DNA of 64,000 nt, from the NCBI RefSeq assembly GCF_046119375.1, contig NW_027362768.1, positions 80,910,001 to 80,974,000 of the forward strand, written 5' to 3'. Positions 47,250 through 60,656 of the stretch are shown piece by piece. A program made the position numbers and the translations under genes. Each line of letters begins with the position of its first letter. Positions within the stretch are counted from its first letter, which is position 1. This DNA comes from Phyllobates terribilis. Taxonomy: Eukaryota. The notes under the pieces were generated by a model, which made no database searches, had not been told where the DNA came from, and was given only the letters and a program-made list of their open reading frames with translations.

Positions 47250-47710
47250 TAATATTGATCAATTTATCACAGCTGATGCTTCCTCCCTGAACTTCCTATA
47301 TATAGATGGTGTACCACATTTTTGGGATTACCCCTGATGAAGCTGCAAGTTGACCCTGACCTTTTAATGATGCCTATATGCATTGTATTTTGTTTATGCT
47401 TATATACTATTGCACTTTATATTGTCTCCATTTGCACACTGGGTTGCCATTGATTAACTTTATGGTCAATACTTTCTTGAATCCAAACTTTAATTGATTC
47501 TAACATTACAAATTATATAAACACCTGTTGGTGCATGTTTGGGATGATCCTACCCTTGCATGGGTCTTTTGTGTTTTAATTGTTTATAACTTTTTCTAGT
47601 ATGGTCACATTGCTTTTTTCAAACTCTGTCTAATAAAATCATTATATGTTTACAATACAAATATTTGGGTGTGCTTGGCTCTCTGTACCTGTGGCTTGTC
47701 TCTTTTTTTC
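47250..47710 (+). mobile_element. Probable Penelope pseudo-LTR remnant
   Basis: CCCCTGATGAAGCTGC (hammerhead 5' half, ~47331), AT-rich body and AATAAA followed by a T-rich tail. Confidence 0.35.
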
Positions 47711-48897
47711 CAATGATGGGCTGTTCAGCTGAAATGATTTCCAATACTTTAAAATGGAAAGTAAAGCCAGAGAGACGTGGAAGAAAACGGAAGACTACCA
47801 TTCGAATGGATTGAAGAATAGCCTGAATGGCAAAGGATCAGTCAATGATCAGCTCCAGGCTGATCAAAGACAGTCTCAAGTTACCTGTGAGTACTGTGAC
47901 AGTTAGAAGATGCCAGTGTGAAGCTAATCTCTTAGCATGAAGTCCCTACAAAGTCCCACTGTTAAAAAAAAGACATGTACTGAAGCGCATACAATTTGCA
48001 AAAGAACACATCACCTGGCCTAAAGAGAAATGGAGAAACATTTTGTGGACTGATGAAAGTAAAATTGTTCTTTTGGGGTCCAAGGGCCGCAGACAGTTCG
48101 TCAGACAACCCAAAAACTTTGCATTCAAGCCACAGTACACTCTGAAGACAGTGAAGCATGGTGGTGCAAGCATCATGATATGGGCATGTTTCTCTTAATA
48201 TGGTAACAGACCTATTTTCTGCATACCAGAGATCATGGACCAGTTTGCATTCATTAAAACACTTGAAGAGGTCATGTTGCCTTACGCTGAAGAGGATATG
48301 CCCTTGAAATGGGTGTTTCAACAAGACAACGTCCCTAAAGACACTAGTAAACGTACAATATCTTGGTTCCAGTCCAAAAAATTTGAGGTTATGGAGTGGC
48401 CAGCCCAATCGCCGAACCTTAATCCGATAGAACACTTGTAGGGTGACATCAAAAATGCCGTTTCTGAGGCAAAGCCAAGAAATGCCAAAAAAAATGTGGG
48501 ATTTAGTCAAAGCATCCTGGGCTGGAATAACAGTTGACAGGTGCTAGAAGTTCGTTGACTCTATGCAACATAGGTGTAAAGCAGTTCTAAAAAAAACTGT
48601 GGGTATACAATTAAATATTAGGTTAGTGATTCACACTAATGCTATATCCTCAAAAAAAAGAGTATATATTGTGAGTTTGTAAAGACAAATGCAGACTCTG
48701 CTATTTTTTAGAACAGCCCAATGTTTATTTTTTTGTTATTTTCTGTAAAGTAGTTAAAAATTATATACATTTCTCTTGATATTTTGAATTAGAAAACATT
48801 GTGCAATGTTCCCAATGCATGGAAATAAAAACTAGTATAAAGATTTTGTGCTTAACTCATGTTTTTGGACACACTGTTATTATTTTGAATACTCCTG
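47711..48897 (+). mobile_element. Degenerate Tc1 DD34E transposon (5' truncated)
   Basis: [23 protein letters not shown]...SPNLNPIEH (spacing 34) with several stops; TIR-like end ...TTATTATTTTGAATACTCCTG|TA. Confidence 0.85.
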
Positions 48898-50448
48898 TAT
48901 TACTCTGATGTTACTGCATTACTACTGTTCCACATCGCAAGTATATCATTCTTTTAAAATAACGGTACCCCCTGTATAAATCCACTTGGACTCAAATTGT
49001 GTATGCCATCGGGTGGTCTGGAGCAGTACTCCATGGTGTAGGGTGTTGGTGGCATTCTTGTTTGAATGTACGTAGCTGTTTGCAGTCATGTGATGCTCCC
49101 TTTCCCATCATTCCTTCTCTGCCTCTGTCGATGCAGCGCGATGACATCATCTCATCGCGGACCGGGCAGTGGAGCTGCTGAGACGCTCTGCAGAGACTGG
49201 AAGAACGAGGAGAGGTAAGTATGTATTCATTTATTTTTTTACATCAGTGAGTAAATGGTGGCCATAATAGTGCAGGACTGTGGGCCTGCATTATACTATA
49301 TGGGGGCGTGTAGGGCTGCATTATACTATATGGGGGCATATGGGCTGCATTATACACTATATGGGGGCATATGGGGCTGCACTATACTATATGGGGGCAT
49401 ATGGGGCTGCACTATACTATATGGGGGCATATGGGGCTGCATTATACTACAACCCCTGGCAAAAATTATGGAATCACCGGGCTCGGAGGATGTTTATTCA
49501 GTTGTTTAATGTTGCTGAAAAAAAGCAGATCACAGACATGGCACAAAACTAAAGTAATTTCAAATGGCAACTTTAGGGCTTTAAGAAACACTAAAAGAAA
49601 TCAAGATAAAAAATGTGGTACTCAGTAAGGGTAATTTTTTTCAGACCAAGCAGAGGGAAAAAATTATGGAATCACTCAATTCTGAGGAAAAAATTATGGA
49701 ATCATGAAAAACAAACACAACACAAAAGAACACTCCAATACATCACTAGTATTTTGTTGCACCACCACTGGCTTTAATAACAGCTTGCAGTCTCTGAGGC
49801 ATGGACTTAATGAGTGACAAACAGTACTCTTCATCAATCTGGCTCCAACTTTCTCTGACTGCTGTTGCCAGATCAGCTTTGCAGGTTGGAGCCTTGTCAT
49901 GGACCATTTTCTTCAACTTCCACCAAAGATTTTCAATTGGATTGAGATCCGGACTATTTGCAGGCCATGACATTGACCTTATGTGTCTTCTTTCAAGGAA
50001 TGTTTTCACAGTTTTTGCTCTATGGCAGGATGCAATATCATCTTGAAAAATGATGTCATCATCCCCAAACATCCTTTCAATTGATGGGATAAGAAAACTG
50101 TCCAAAATATCAATGTAAACTTGGGCATTTATTGAAGATGTAATGACAGCCATCTCCCCAGTGCCTTTACCTGACATGCAGCCCCATATCATCAATGACT
50201 GTGGAAATTTGCATGTTCTCTTCATGCAGTCATCTCTATAAATCTCATTGAAACGGCACCAAACAAAAGTTCCAGCATCATCACCTTGCCCAATGCAGAT
50301 TCGCGATTCATCACTGAATATGACTTTCATCCAGTCATCCACAGTCCACGATTGCTTTTCCTTAGCCCATTGTAAAAAAATTTTTTCTGTTTAGGTGTTA
50401 ATGATGGCTTATGTTTAGCTTTTCTGTATGTACATCCCATTTCCTTTA

Positions 50449-52581
50449 GGCTGTGTGCCCACGATGCGTTTTTTAAGCCTTTCCGCAGCGGCAAAAACGC
50501 TGCAGAAACGCATAAAAAATGCATGGTAGAAGGCCTGCCATGTTCCCCAATGATAATCCGCATGTGCTGTGCACATGCTGCGGAAATTTCCGCTGCGGAT
50601 TATCATTGCGGAAAAAAACGCAGCACTACCAATTATTTTGCGGAAGCGCTGCATTTTCGCCGCCATTGACTTGCATTAGAACGCATGGATTACGCATCAC
50701 TGCATATGTAGATGCGCATTCTACGCGTTCCAATGTACAGATGGTACCCAGGTCTAGAGGAGAGGAGACTCTCCTCCGGACCCGGGTACCATAGAAACTG
50801 TAAAAAAAAAAAAGAATAAAATAAAAAATAAATATGATACTTACCTTCTGACGGCCCCAGGTGCACTCGTCCTCCCTTGCCGGCAAATCGCGATGGACTG
50901 AAGGACCTGCGCTGACGTCATAGTCATGTGACGGGTCACGCGACGCTGACCTCGGCAGGTCCTTCAGTGCAGTGTACCCCGATCTGCCGGCAGTCAGCAC
51001 CAAGCGAAGCAAGACTGCGGGGGCCATCGGAAGGTAAGTATATGACGCGCCCCCTGGGCCATATTCTTTAGGGGAATACCCGGAGCCGGATCAGATGGGG
51101 GTTGTAGTCTCCGAGTGGCTGTGACCCGGTCCGTGCCCAGGGTGTCAAGCTCAGTGTGTGGCAGTCCTTACTGATGTTACTAAAGTTCTTTATGTCGACT
51201 ACGCCACCCGTTGAATTGCGGTCACTACGGCCGCCGCTGCAGCAGGGTCCGCTGAGGCTGATGGTGTTGGTGCAGCTTAGGTAGTATAACCCCCAACGGG
51301 AGGGGTATAGCCTCAGGGGGTCAGGTGCAGAGGATGGTGGTTGTGGAAGTGCAGGGATGATGGTAATGAGAGTCAGAGTCGGGTTGTGCAGTTCAGGGTT
51401 CTTTACTTACTGCAGATGTTCCGGTCATTCCGGCCTTGAGTGACCACCCGAGCCGTGCTGCGTCCACCAGGTCCTGGACTCGGCCAACCCCCAAGTAGTT
51501 CTGGAGCGTGGTTCTGAGCTCCCGTTCTGTCCTGTCCTCGTCTCTGGCCTTCCCCACCAGGGATCCACCTAAGTCCGGCTCCCTCGGGCCTCTTGTTGGC
51601 GAACCCTTGCCTCTGGGTTCCCTGACCCTATGCGTGGTCTGCCTTCTGTGTGGATATGGTGGGTGACCGTGGCAGATGCTGCCCACGGCCTCCGGTCTCT
51701 GGCTGAGGTATGCTGTAGCCCCCACCAGTTTGGGATCCGGTACCCTGTTGCCAACTCTTCACCCTGTGGTTATATTTGGGCTCTCAGAGTTCCTTCTTTC
51801 TCCCCCTCTGGGTCTTTCGTTCTCTCCTCTCTCTCTCTTTTGGGCCTGGGGCTGCTCTGCTCTTCTGCTCTCTTCCTCTGACTTCTCTGCAAAGACTCAC
51901 AGACTGACTGACTGTGGCTGACTGACTGACTGACCGACCCTGATCTTAGATGGTGCCCACCTTATATACTCCCTCTATGTGTGAGCTCAGGTGACCAGCA
52001 CCCAATGAGCTCCTATCTTTACCCAGGCTGCTCCCCCTATCTGCCCCTACACTACTGGGATGTACCACCCCCCTCCCACTCCAGCCAGGAACAGACTCGG
52101 TCGTACCTGCACATTTCTAAGTGGGAGTACCGTTGGTCTGTTCCTCGGAAATGGGATGTGTGTAGTGCATGCAGCTTTCTGAGCTCAGCTCCACACTCCA
52201 TCCTTACCCGGGAGTGGAATATCACACCTCTGGGTTGAGGTGCAATACCCCTGTAGCAGCCGAATCCTCAGGGTGCTACATATAGATTTATTTTTTTACA
52301 TTCTCTCGGGTCACACTATATAAATCCATGCCGGTTGCATGGATTTATATAGTGTGACCAAGTTGTCAAGCACTTTCCAAGTGATGCTAAAATCGCTTGG
52401 AAAGCGCTCGTCAACCCGCATACAGAAATGCATGTGAAGAACGCTTCACATCCGCATGTCCCTGGCAGGAAAAACGCATGTACAATCCGCATGTACAATC
52501 CGCATGCGTTTTTTCTGCCAGGGGAGATGCAGAAACGCTCAGGAAAAATCCGGAGCATTTCTGCATCGTGGGCACATAGCC
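50449..52581. mobile_element. PIF/Harbinger MITE inside the Tc1 transposase
   Basis: TIR GGCT(G/A)TGTGCCCACGATGC; 3-bp TSD TTA confirmed because removal restores the Tc1 frame NRLKEMG. Confidence 0.88.
51043..52280. mobile_element. Solo LTR, TGACGCGCCCC family (1238 bp), inside the MITE
   Basis: TG...GGGTGCTACA with 4-bp TSD TATA. Confidence 0.85.
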
Positions 52582-53696
52582 TTAGGCGGTTTCTTACAGT
52601 TCGGTCACAGACATTTACTCCAGTTTCCTCCCATTTGTTCCTCATTTGTTTTGTTGTGCATTTCCTGTTTTAGAGACATATTGCTTTAAGTTTCTGGTCT
52701 TGATGCTTTGATGTCTTCCTTCGTCTACCAGTATGTTTGCCTTTAACAACCTTCCCATGTTTTTTGTATTTGGTCTAGATTTTAGACACAGCTGACTGTG
52801 AACAAACAACATCTTTTGCAACATTGCATGATGATTTACCTTCTTTTAAGAGTTTGATAATCCTCTCCTTTGTTTCAATTGACATCTCTCGTGTTGGAGC
52901 CATGATTCATGTCAGTCCACTTGGTGCAACAGCTCTCCAAGGTGTGATCACTCCTTTTTAGATGCAGACTAACGATCAGATCTAATTTGATGCAGGAGTT
53001 AGTTTTGGAAATGAAAATTTACAGGGTGATTCCTTATTTTTTTCCTCAGAATTGAGTGATTCCATAATTTTTTCCCTCTGCTTGGTCTGAAAAAACTTAC
53101 CCTTACTGAGTACCACATTTTTAATCTTGATTTCTTTTAGTGTCTCTTAAAGCCCTAAAGTTGCCATTTGAAATGAGTTTAGTTTTGTGCCATGTCCGTG
53201 ATCTGCTTTTTTTCAACAGCATTAAACAAATGAATGAACATCCTCCGAGCCCGGTGATTCCATAATTTTTGCCAGGGGTTGTATATGGGGGCTACATTAA
53301 ATTATATATGCATGCATTATACTAGATGGGGGCTGCAATATACTATATGGGGGTTACATTATATTATATGGAGCTGCATTATACTATATGGTGGCTACAT
53401 TATACTGTATAGGGGTAGCTGCCTTATACTATTAGGGGGCTACATTATATTATATGGGTTTGCATTATACTGTATGGGGCTGCAGCTACATTATACTATA
53501 GGGGGCTGCATTATACAGTATGGGGCTGTGGCTGTATTATACTATATGGGGGCTACATTATACTGTATGGGGGGTACCTGCATTATACTACATGGGGGCT
53601 ACATTATACTGTATTATATGGGTTTTCATTATACAGTATGGGGCTGCGGCTACATTATACTATATGGGGACTATATTATACTGTATGGTACAAAAA

Positions 53697-54199
53697 CAGA
53701 GACCCGCATAATGTAGAGAAAATGGGATAGGTATCCGGTGATCAATGCCGAATCCTAACCACCAAAAAAGCCTACTCAGAACTATATAATTGAAAAAGGG
53801 AGAAAGAGAGTAGCATGGCATACAACAAATTTTATTAAGAAGTGATATTTAAAATTACAATATCATATAAATACATAATAGACAGATGTGACATGGGAAC
53901 AAAGTAGGTCGGGTGATATGACATCCTACCTTGTCAGAATAGGCCTCAGTATATACCATGGGAGTAACAGGAAGTTATATCCATCTATAGAATAGCCAAA
54001 TGACTTTTACCAAAGTATAGGAGTAAATATATTCAAGTGAAGAAAGAAGTGGCAACCTTCAAGAGACTTACCATATAGTGCCCATGAACCGAGGCATTTG
54101 TGTATTATGTATTTATATGATATTGTAATTTTAAATATCACTTCTTAATATAATTTGTTGTATGCCATGCTACTCTCTTTCTCCTTTTTTCAATTATAT
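53697..54199. mobile_element. Penelope-type hairpin relic: 97-bp inverted arms with a left tail
   Basis: Arms 53784-53880 and 54103-54199, two mismatches by eye; inserted in the minisatellite. Confidence 0.55.
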
Positions 54200-56697
54200 T
54201 ATATGGGCCTGCATTATACTGTATGGGGGGCTGCATTATATTACATGAGCATGCATTATACTAGATGGGGCTACATTATATTATATGGGCATGCATTATA
54301 CTAGATGGGGGGCTGCAATATACTATATGGGGCTACATTATATGTGCATGCATTATAATAGATGGGGCTACATTATATTATATGGCCATGCATTATAATA
54401 GATGGGGGCCTGCGTTATACTCTATGGGGGCCTGCATTATACTCTATGGGGGCTGCATTACACTCTGTGGAGGCTGCACTATACTCTGTGGGGGCGGCAC
54501 TATACTCTATCAAGAACTATAGGCTGTGAATTATACTGTATGTACAGTACTATCTGGGGGCTGCATTATACTGTATAGAGGACTATGGGGGGTGCATTAT
54601 TCTGTACGGAGGACTATGAGGAGTGCATTATACTATATGGAAGATAATAGGGCGCATTATATTATATGGTGAACTATAGGGCGCATTATATTATATGGTG
54701 GACTATGGGGTGTATTATACTAACGAGCACAATGCTGCCTATTCATCGAGTGATTGGATTGTTTACCCGAACACAAATCCTTGTTCTCAGCAGCACATCG
54801 CCCGGTGTAAGCTGCAGATATGCTGCTGATAACATGATACTGTATGAGGACAGATTGATCTATTAGTGATTGTTTTGTCTCCATCATTCTTCCTCAGTCG
54901 GTGTAAAGAGGCCGGGAAACAAGCACCGAATGACTTCAATATTGTCGATCGCGCTCGTTTAACGGCCTGAACTCAGCGCATGTAAATACAACCAAAATGT
55001 TTCTGTGTGATGGTGCAATATGTGAGCATTTGGGGTTCCACTTTAAACTTTTGCCTAGAGCCCCACTTTGTCTAAAACCAGCCCTGTGTATAGGCGGTGC
55101 ACTCCCTGACTGCAGGGAAAGGGGGTATACTTATGCAACGAGATGACCAGCGCCATGTTCCCCCTGAAGACATCAATGCTGCTGTGGTATAGAATATGAA
55201 TAATGTTTTGTTCCTGATATGTTTCCTTGTAGGCTGTAGTATTAATAAACGGCCACAATGTGCCACTGTCTAGAATGTAGGTGAAAGGTGAAGATTGCCA
55301 GTAACATAGCAGGCATTTATGACAGTGTGAGAGTTAACTATGTGTGAGGACAGCCCATGGTGGGTGAGCACTTGAGGAATCTCTGGATAGTTTCCACAAG
55401 CATGAAGTGAGTTCAGTCAGTAGTGTGCAGTACTTCAGAGAGCTGACAGGTTCTATATTGGCTGCTAGGGTAGACGTGGGCCTAGTATCCCAGACAGTGG
55501 ATCACCAGACAAAAGAATCCCTTCACAAGAGTCCCCTTAGCCCTCCTGGGAACCTTGAGAGAGTCGTAGGGGACCTCGGGGCACATTCTGTCTGCAAGCC
55601 TGCAGAGGATGTTAGGACTCAAGTCTAGGACGTGGGGAGAACTTGGATCCGGATATACTGTCTTTGGTGAGGAGATTCTCTAGGGCTAGAGAAGAAAGCA
55701 AGGAGATGCTTCACCTAGATTTGGAACCAGGGCTGAAGTTGTATCTAGTACCTGTGGGAAAGATGACAGCCTGTTATGCCTTATCCTTTATACCTGCCTG
55801 TAAATACTACCAGTTATTAAGTAAAATTCTAGCTGTTGTTATGAACCTCGTGTCTTCTGAATTAATTGCTGCCCTGGTTCCAGAAGAGGAATTCCTGGAG
55901 TCAGAAGAGGACGGCTGGCCAGAAGTAAGTGAAAAACACCACATACACCGCAGCACACTAGAGCGAGGACACATTTTGTCTGTAGGGTACCAAAGCGAGC
56001 ATGGGCTACAGCTCTCCCACAACTACCTCGATTGGGCACCTTACATTTGATTGATTTGTTGGGTGGGCAGCAGGAGATTGAGTTTTCCAAGGCTGATGCC
56101 CTTACCCTTCCTTCCATAGAGTATTTAGGACCCATTCTCTGATGGGATGGCCTCTTTTCCAGTGCACCTAGGTACGAGTTTTATGTTGCAATCCTCCCAC
56201 TCTGGACATTAGATGTTAGTAGTTGATGTCTCAGCTGTCGGATATTATGGTAAGGTCGTGCTGGAACACCGGGAAACAGAAGCCAGAAGTATACTGGCTG
56301 CTACTCTGTTGGTTATGAACTCACTCAACTCATTTATTACAATTTATTAATAAATGCTATGACTGAGAAAACTGTGATTCTATCACAACTGCCGCACCTT
56401 GTAAAGTACGTGATACATCGTTGCTATCAGGGTCTCTGTCTCTACACAGTTCTGCTGGAAGATTACATAAAAATGCCTGCTGACAGATTCCCTTTAAGTG
56501 GGCCCTTGCATCAGAAGGGAGTGTGAGTTGGTTCCCGGCAGTCTGGCCATAAAGTTCAACCACTCCAAGTTAGCTTTCTGCGAAATACATTACAATTACA
56601 TTCAGGTTTGAAATCCTCCAGCAAAGGCCAAGCACTGACTGGAATGTACAGCTTTGTAAAGTATCTTGCTTCATTAAGAGGAACTGTGTGTTATAAG

Positions 56698-57946
56698 TGA
56701 CGCGCCCCCAGGGCCATGGGGTACTCGGCAGCCGGGCCTCTGGATGCCGGTGGGGGATATCATGGTGGCTGACCCGTTCCATGGCCCAGGGCGGTCAACA
56801 AAAGGGGATTTCTTTATAGGGGATTTGGAAAGTGTTCGTGACGCCACCTGTGGAGTGCGGCCAAAGGGAGCCGCCGCTGCGGAGCAGTCCTCTGGAGCTG
56901 GTGTTACCGCAGCAGGGATGGTGTGGCTCTCCACAGGTAGAGCTAGCTCCAAGGCAGTGTAGGTAGTGAGAGTTGCGCTGGGCGTTGTAGTGCAGGGAGG
57001 GAAAGATGGCGCAGATGAAAGAATGGACGGAGGTAGTACTGTACAGTCATCCAAGTCTTTACTCACAGTTCTTATGACAGTTCCACTGGTGCACTGTACA
57101 GGTGCCAGTCTCCCACGTCGCGCTGCATTCACCAGGCAGGGGTTCAGCTCTTCCTCAGGCAGATTAGGAGCACTTGACGGAACCCCACTTTCTTGTGTTC
57201 CTAGCTAGACCGTCTTCACGCTGTATCTTTCTCCCTCCTGCCCTGCGCTTCCCACTCTCAATCCCGCTCGGGTGCTCTGAGGTCCCTCCTGTCTTGCTGG
57301 AGTTCCCAGACCTGCTTGACCCTCACGGAGATTAGAATGAGGCTTCGGCAACTGACTATATAAGCCAGAAGCCTCCGATTTTCCCAGCCGAGACCTGTAG
57401 TAAAACGGGTGGACCAGGGGCCGGTCCCCTACTTGCGGCCTACGATCCCTCTGTCTTCTGACAGATTCGGGGCGTACGGGTGCCGTCTCGCACTCACCGT
57501 ACCCCCTGGGATCCCTTCTGTAGATCGGAGCCTACTCCTCTGCTCCCCTCCTGGGCCTCTAGGACTGGGCCCTACTTGTGGAGCAGAGCTCCTAAAGAGA
57601 CTCTGCTCCCAGACTGTTCTCCACTTACTAGCCTGTCTGTTCTGCCACCCTAAAATGGCCTCCCTTTTTATATCTCACTCTATAGTGCTCCCCTAAACTA
57701 CTTCCTCCACCCACACCCACTACTGGTTCCCCCCTACCTTTGGGTTCCCCCCACTCCAGCCAGGGTCAGGGCTCAGCAGGAAAACACATTGCATCTTGCC
57801 CCTCCAGCCGGCCTGGAGCAGTGTAGTGTTGGATGCAGGTGTTGGGGTTCCGGGCAGCACTCCCTCCTTACCTGAGAGAAGGAGATAGAACACCTCTGGG
57901 TGAGGTGCAGTACCTCTGTGGCGACTGAACCCTCAGGGGCGCCACA
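56698..57946. mobile_element. Solo LTR, TGACGCGCCCC family (1249 bp)
   Basis: TG...GGGGCGCCACA with 4-bp TSD TAAG. Confidence 0.88.
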
Positions 57947-59202
57947 TAAGCAATGGTCTAGGAAGGATTATGTTCTGGGTCACATTGCAGTGACATGAAT
58001 ACTATGTCATTTATATAAATGGCACGTGTACAAATGTAATTAATTTAATTTAGGAAGAATGACCGCTGCTTGGAAATTACTCCTTCTTGTTTACGTGACT
58101 TTAGGAAACATTTATTGAAGGGGTTGTCTGGCCATAGGCTACAAGTCTGCAGTCACTCTATGTGATTGTAGACTTGTGAATCTTCACATTGCACGCACAC
58201 TTTCTGCTGTGAGGATTCTTTAGTGCTGACGCCAGGATCAGGTGGTGATGTGAACACAGGTATGCGATTTGCATACTCATCGATATATTCCGACTAGATT
58301 CCCTTTGAGAGAGGCCAAGCCCATCTAGTCGGCATGTGACCGCATATATACAAATCAGATATGTGGGGTCACGTGCCCACTGCTCCTGGCACCGAGCGCT
58401 AGTGAGGATTCACAAGTCTGCAGTCACAGAAAGTAACTGCAGACTTGTAGCCTAAGGCCGAACAACCCCTTTAGTAAAGTATTTCCCAACAAAGGTGAAA
58501 ACATATGAATTTGCACTTTTCAAGGTAATAATAGTTTAACATCATAATTTTACTTTCCACCATTAATAAAAACAAAATTCAGATTAATCTAACGTGATCT
58601 TTTATTACCTGATTCAAATTTTTATTGCCCATAGGCTAGCAGCGGTATAAAATGACAAAACTGAACAACCCTCTTTGTGAGGGAGCTGCCTCTCTGCCGA
58701 TGATCTGGTGATTGTTTACAGGCTGCACTGGTGACATCATGACAGCACCGCTACAACTAATCACTGGGCTCAGAAGTTGATTCCATCTACATAGTCACAG
58801 ACATTGGTTGTAGTGCTGTAGTCACGATGTCTGCTCTCGGCAGGGACGCAGATGTGCTCAACTACTCACCCGTCCCGCTCCGTTCCCCGCCATGACAGCA
58901 TCTTCCCATGACCTGCGAATGGCACGCAGGTCTCCTGGTAGCGTGCTTAGGTCACGCGCGTGTGCGTTCCCCGCTACTTAACGGGGCAGCACGTGTGCTT
59001 CTGAAAATGTCCCCAGCCAATAGCTGGGAGATGTCAGCTATTTAACGCACCCTTCCTTATAGGGAGGTTCCTGAACAACATCAGTGATTAGTGTGTACAC
59101 TTGCTACTTTGTTGTAAGAACGCTGCAACCATGCCCCCTGAGCCTGATCCTGTCCGTCCTGTCTGAACCTGATCAAGTCTATCCTGTTTGAACCTGATCC
59201 TG

Positions 59203-60656
59203 TGTTACGATACAGGCGTAGTACTATTGGAAACGAGTGGCCGAAGGAGCACAAGTAGGAACAGCAAGCCGTAGTAGAAATTCTTGAAGTTAGTGAGGAG
59301 TTGTAGGAAACAATCCGTAAATGACTTAGAACAGTCTGGGTAAGAATGTTCAGGAGCTGCAGACTGAAACTAGGCTGATAGTGTGTCACCCAGGGGGAAT
59401 ATAGGGGACTCGGTACCCGGGCCTTTTACCTTGTTTAGGAGGTCACGGCAGTCGTCTCCCGGGCCCGTACTCTGGGTCTCTCTTTAAAAAGGGGGGTTTT
59501 AGTGTACAGTTTGTCTTGTGACGCCACCTGTGGTTCTTGGTAATGGATACCGGCGCAGCTGCAGACCTCCGGGGGGGGTGATGGGATGGCAGCTGGGATA
59601 TTTCTGCTCCCCACAGGCGGAGCGGGCCCCTCGGGGCAGTGTAGGTGCAAATGGTGGTGATGCTGGGGCTTGCAGTGCAGGAGAGATGGCGCAGCAGGAG
59701 TAACTAACAGAGACAGGGGATTCACTTCAGTACCTTTACTGGTGCGGATGTCAGGTACGGTCCAGGGTACTCGGTAGAAAGGGTGCACTTCAGGACTTCT
59801 CCACAGTGAGCGGGTATAAGGCCTCCTGGTCCGTGTCTCCCTCTCTCTAAGCTCCTGGCCAGCCTGCAACTGGGCCTAGCTTCTGTGTCGTGCTGTTCCT
59901 TCACCTGTCGCTTGGAAGTAGGACCTTTTTCTGGCAACCACTATCCCTGGATGCCGGGGCCTTCGTGGTTCCTAGTCCTGTCAAGGGTTTAGCTTCAGGT
60001 CGACCAGGGACTTGTAGTCCTTCTCGTATGCCGGTTGTCCCTACTGGATATAAAGGACCCTGTAGGCACGGACCCGGTGTCCGGTTTGTATACTCGGGGG
60101 TGAGCCTATGATGCTCCTCTTCCCCCTCAACTCCTCTCTCCTCTCCTCTTTTCCTTCGGCCACACTCGGGGCCCTCAATTCAGCAGCAGATGTGCTTCGT
60201 CTTCACTGCTCTCAGTGGCAGCACACTCTCCTCAGACTAACTGAACTTCTAACTGACTGAACTGCCTGGCTCCACCCTCCATATATATATATATCCCTAA
60301 CTGGCTACCTCTGGTGGTATGAGGTGGAAGGGTGGAGGTGTTTGTATGTAATGAGGGTCTCTTGTGGAGAAGTCCATCCATGCACCCTTTTGGGTCCTGT
60401 GGTACCTGTGAACAGCAGGGTGCCACAATAGCTAGACACAATACTGAAGCAATGAGTGAGTGTTCCATGTGGCTTTAATTAGGCCCAAACAGGAAACAAG
60501 ATGGATTCCATAGATTCAGAATCCGCCCTTGGTAAAGGGCAATTACAGAACACAGCAGCAGCCTTCAGTGGTAAGGACTGAAACTGAAGCACAATTATTA
60601 AAATGAACAATAGCGGCAACTAGTGGTCAAACTGTAGAAGGGCAGAAAGCCTGACA
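59203..60656. mobile_element. Probable solo LTR (~400 bp net)
   Basis: TGTTACG...CCTGACA with TSD TCCTG/TCCTT. Confidence 0.55.
59382..60427. mobile_element. Solo LTR related to the TGACGCGCCCC family (1046 bp)
   Basis: TG...GGGTGCCACA with 4-bp TSD ATAG; shares the GTGACGCCACCTGTGG motif. Confidence 0.82.

Larger units (their letters stand above)
49450..53281 (-). mobile_element. IR/DR-type Tc1 DD34E transposon, defective, with nested insertions
   Basis: TA|CAACCCCTGGCAAAAATTATGGAATCACC TIRs (~250 bp) with internal AAAAATTATGGAATCA direct repeats; IFSDESRI, FQDD(I)ASCH...SPDLNPIEN. Confidence 0.92.
49280..54720. repeat. ~22-bp minisatellite (GGGGCTGCATTATACTATAT)n in three blocks: 49280-49449, 53282-53690, 54200-54720
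   Basis: The same unit resumes on both sides of the Tc1 and hairpin insertions. Confidence 0.9.

Noticed and set aside
49255-54522. ORFs such as MGLHYTIWGHMG... and YMGATLY... (49255-49628, 53279-53716, 54265-54522)
   Set aside because: Translations of the 22-bp minisatellite.
55400-56690. ORF 55643-56050 and scattered Gypsy pol-like words (VDVSAVG, PFKW)
   Set aside because: Motifs are weak and out of the expected order; probably a decayed retroelement but it cannot be supported without a search.
58660-58725. MTKLNNPLCEGAASLPMIW* resembling the LRRC39 N-terminus
   Set aside because: Stops after 19 codons, spacing differs, and it lies next to MITE-like sequence.
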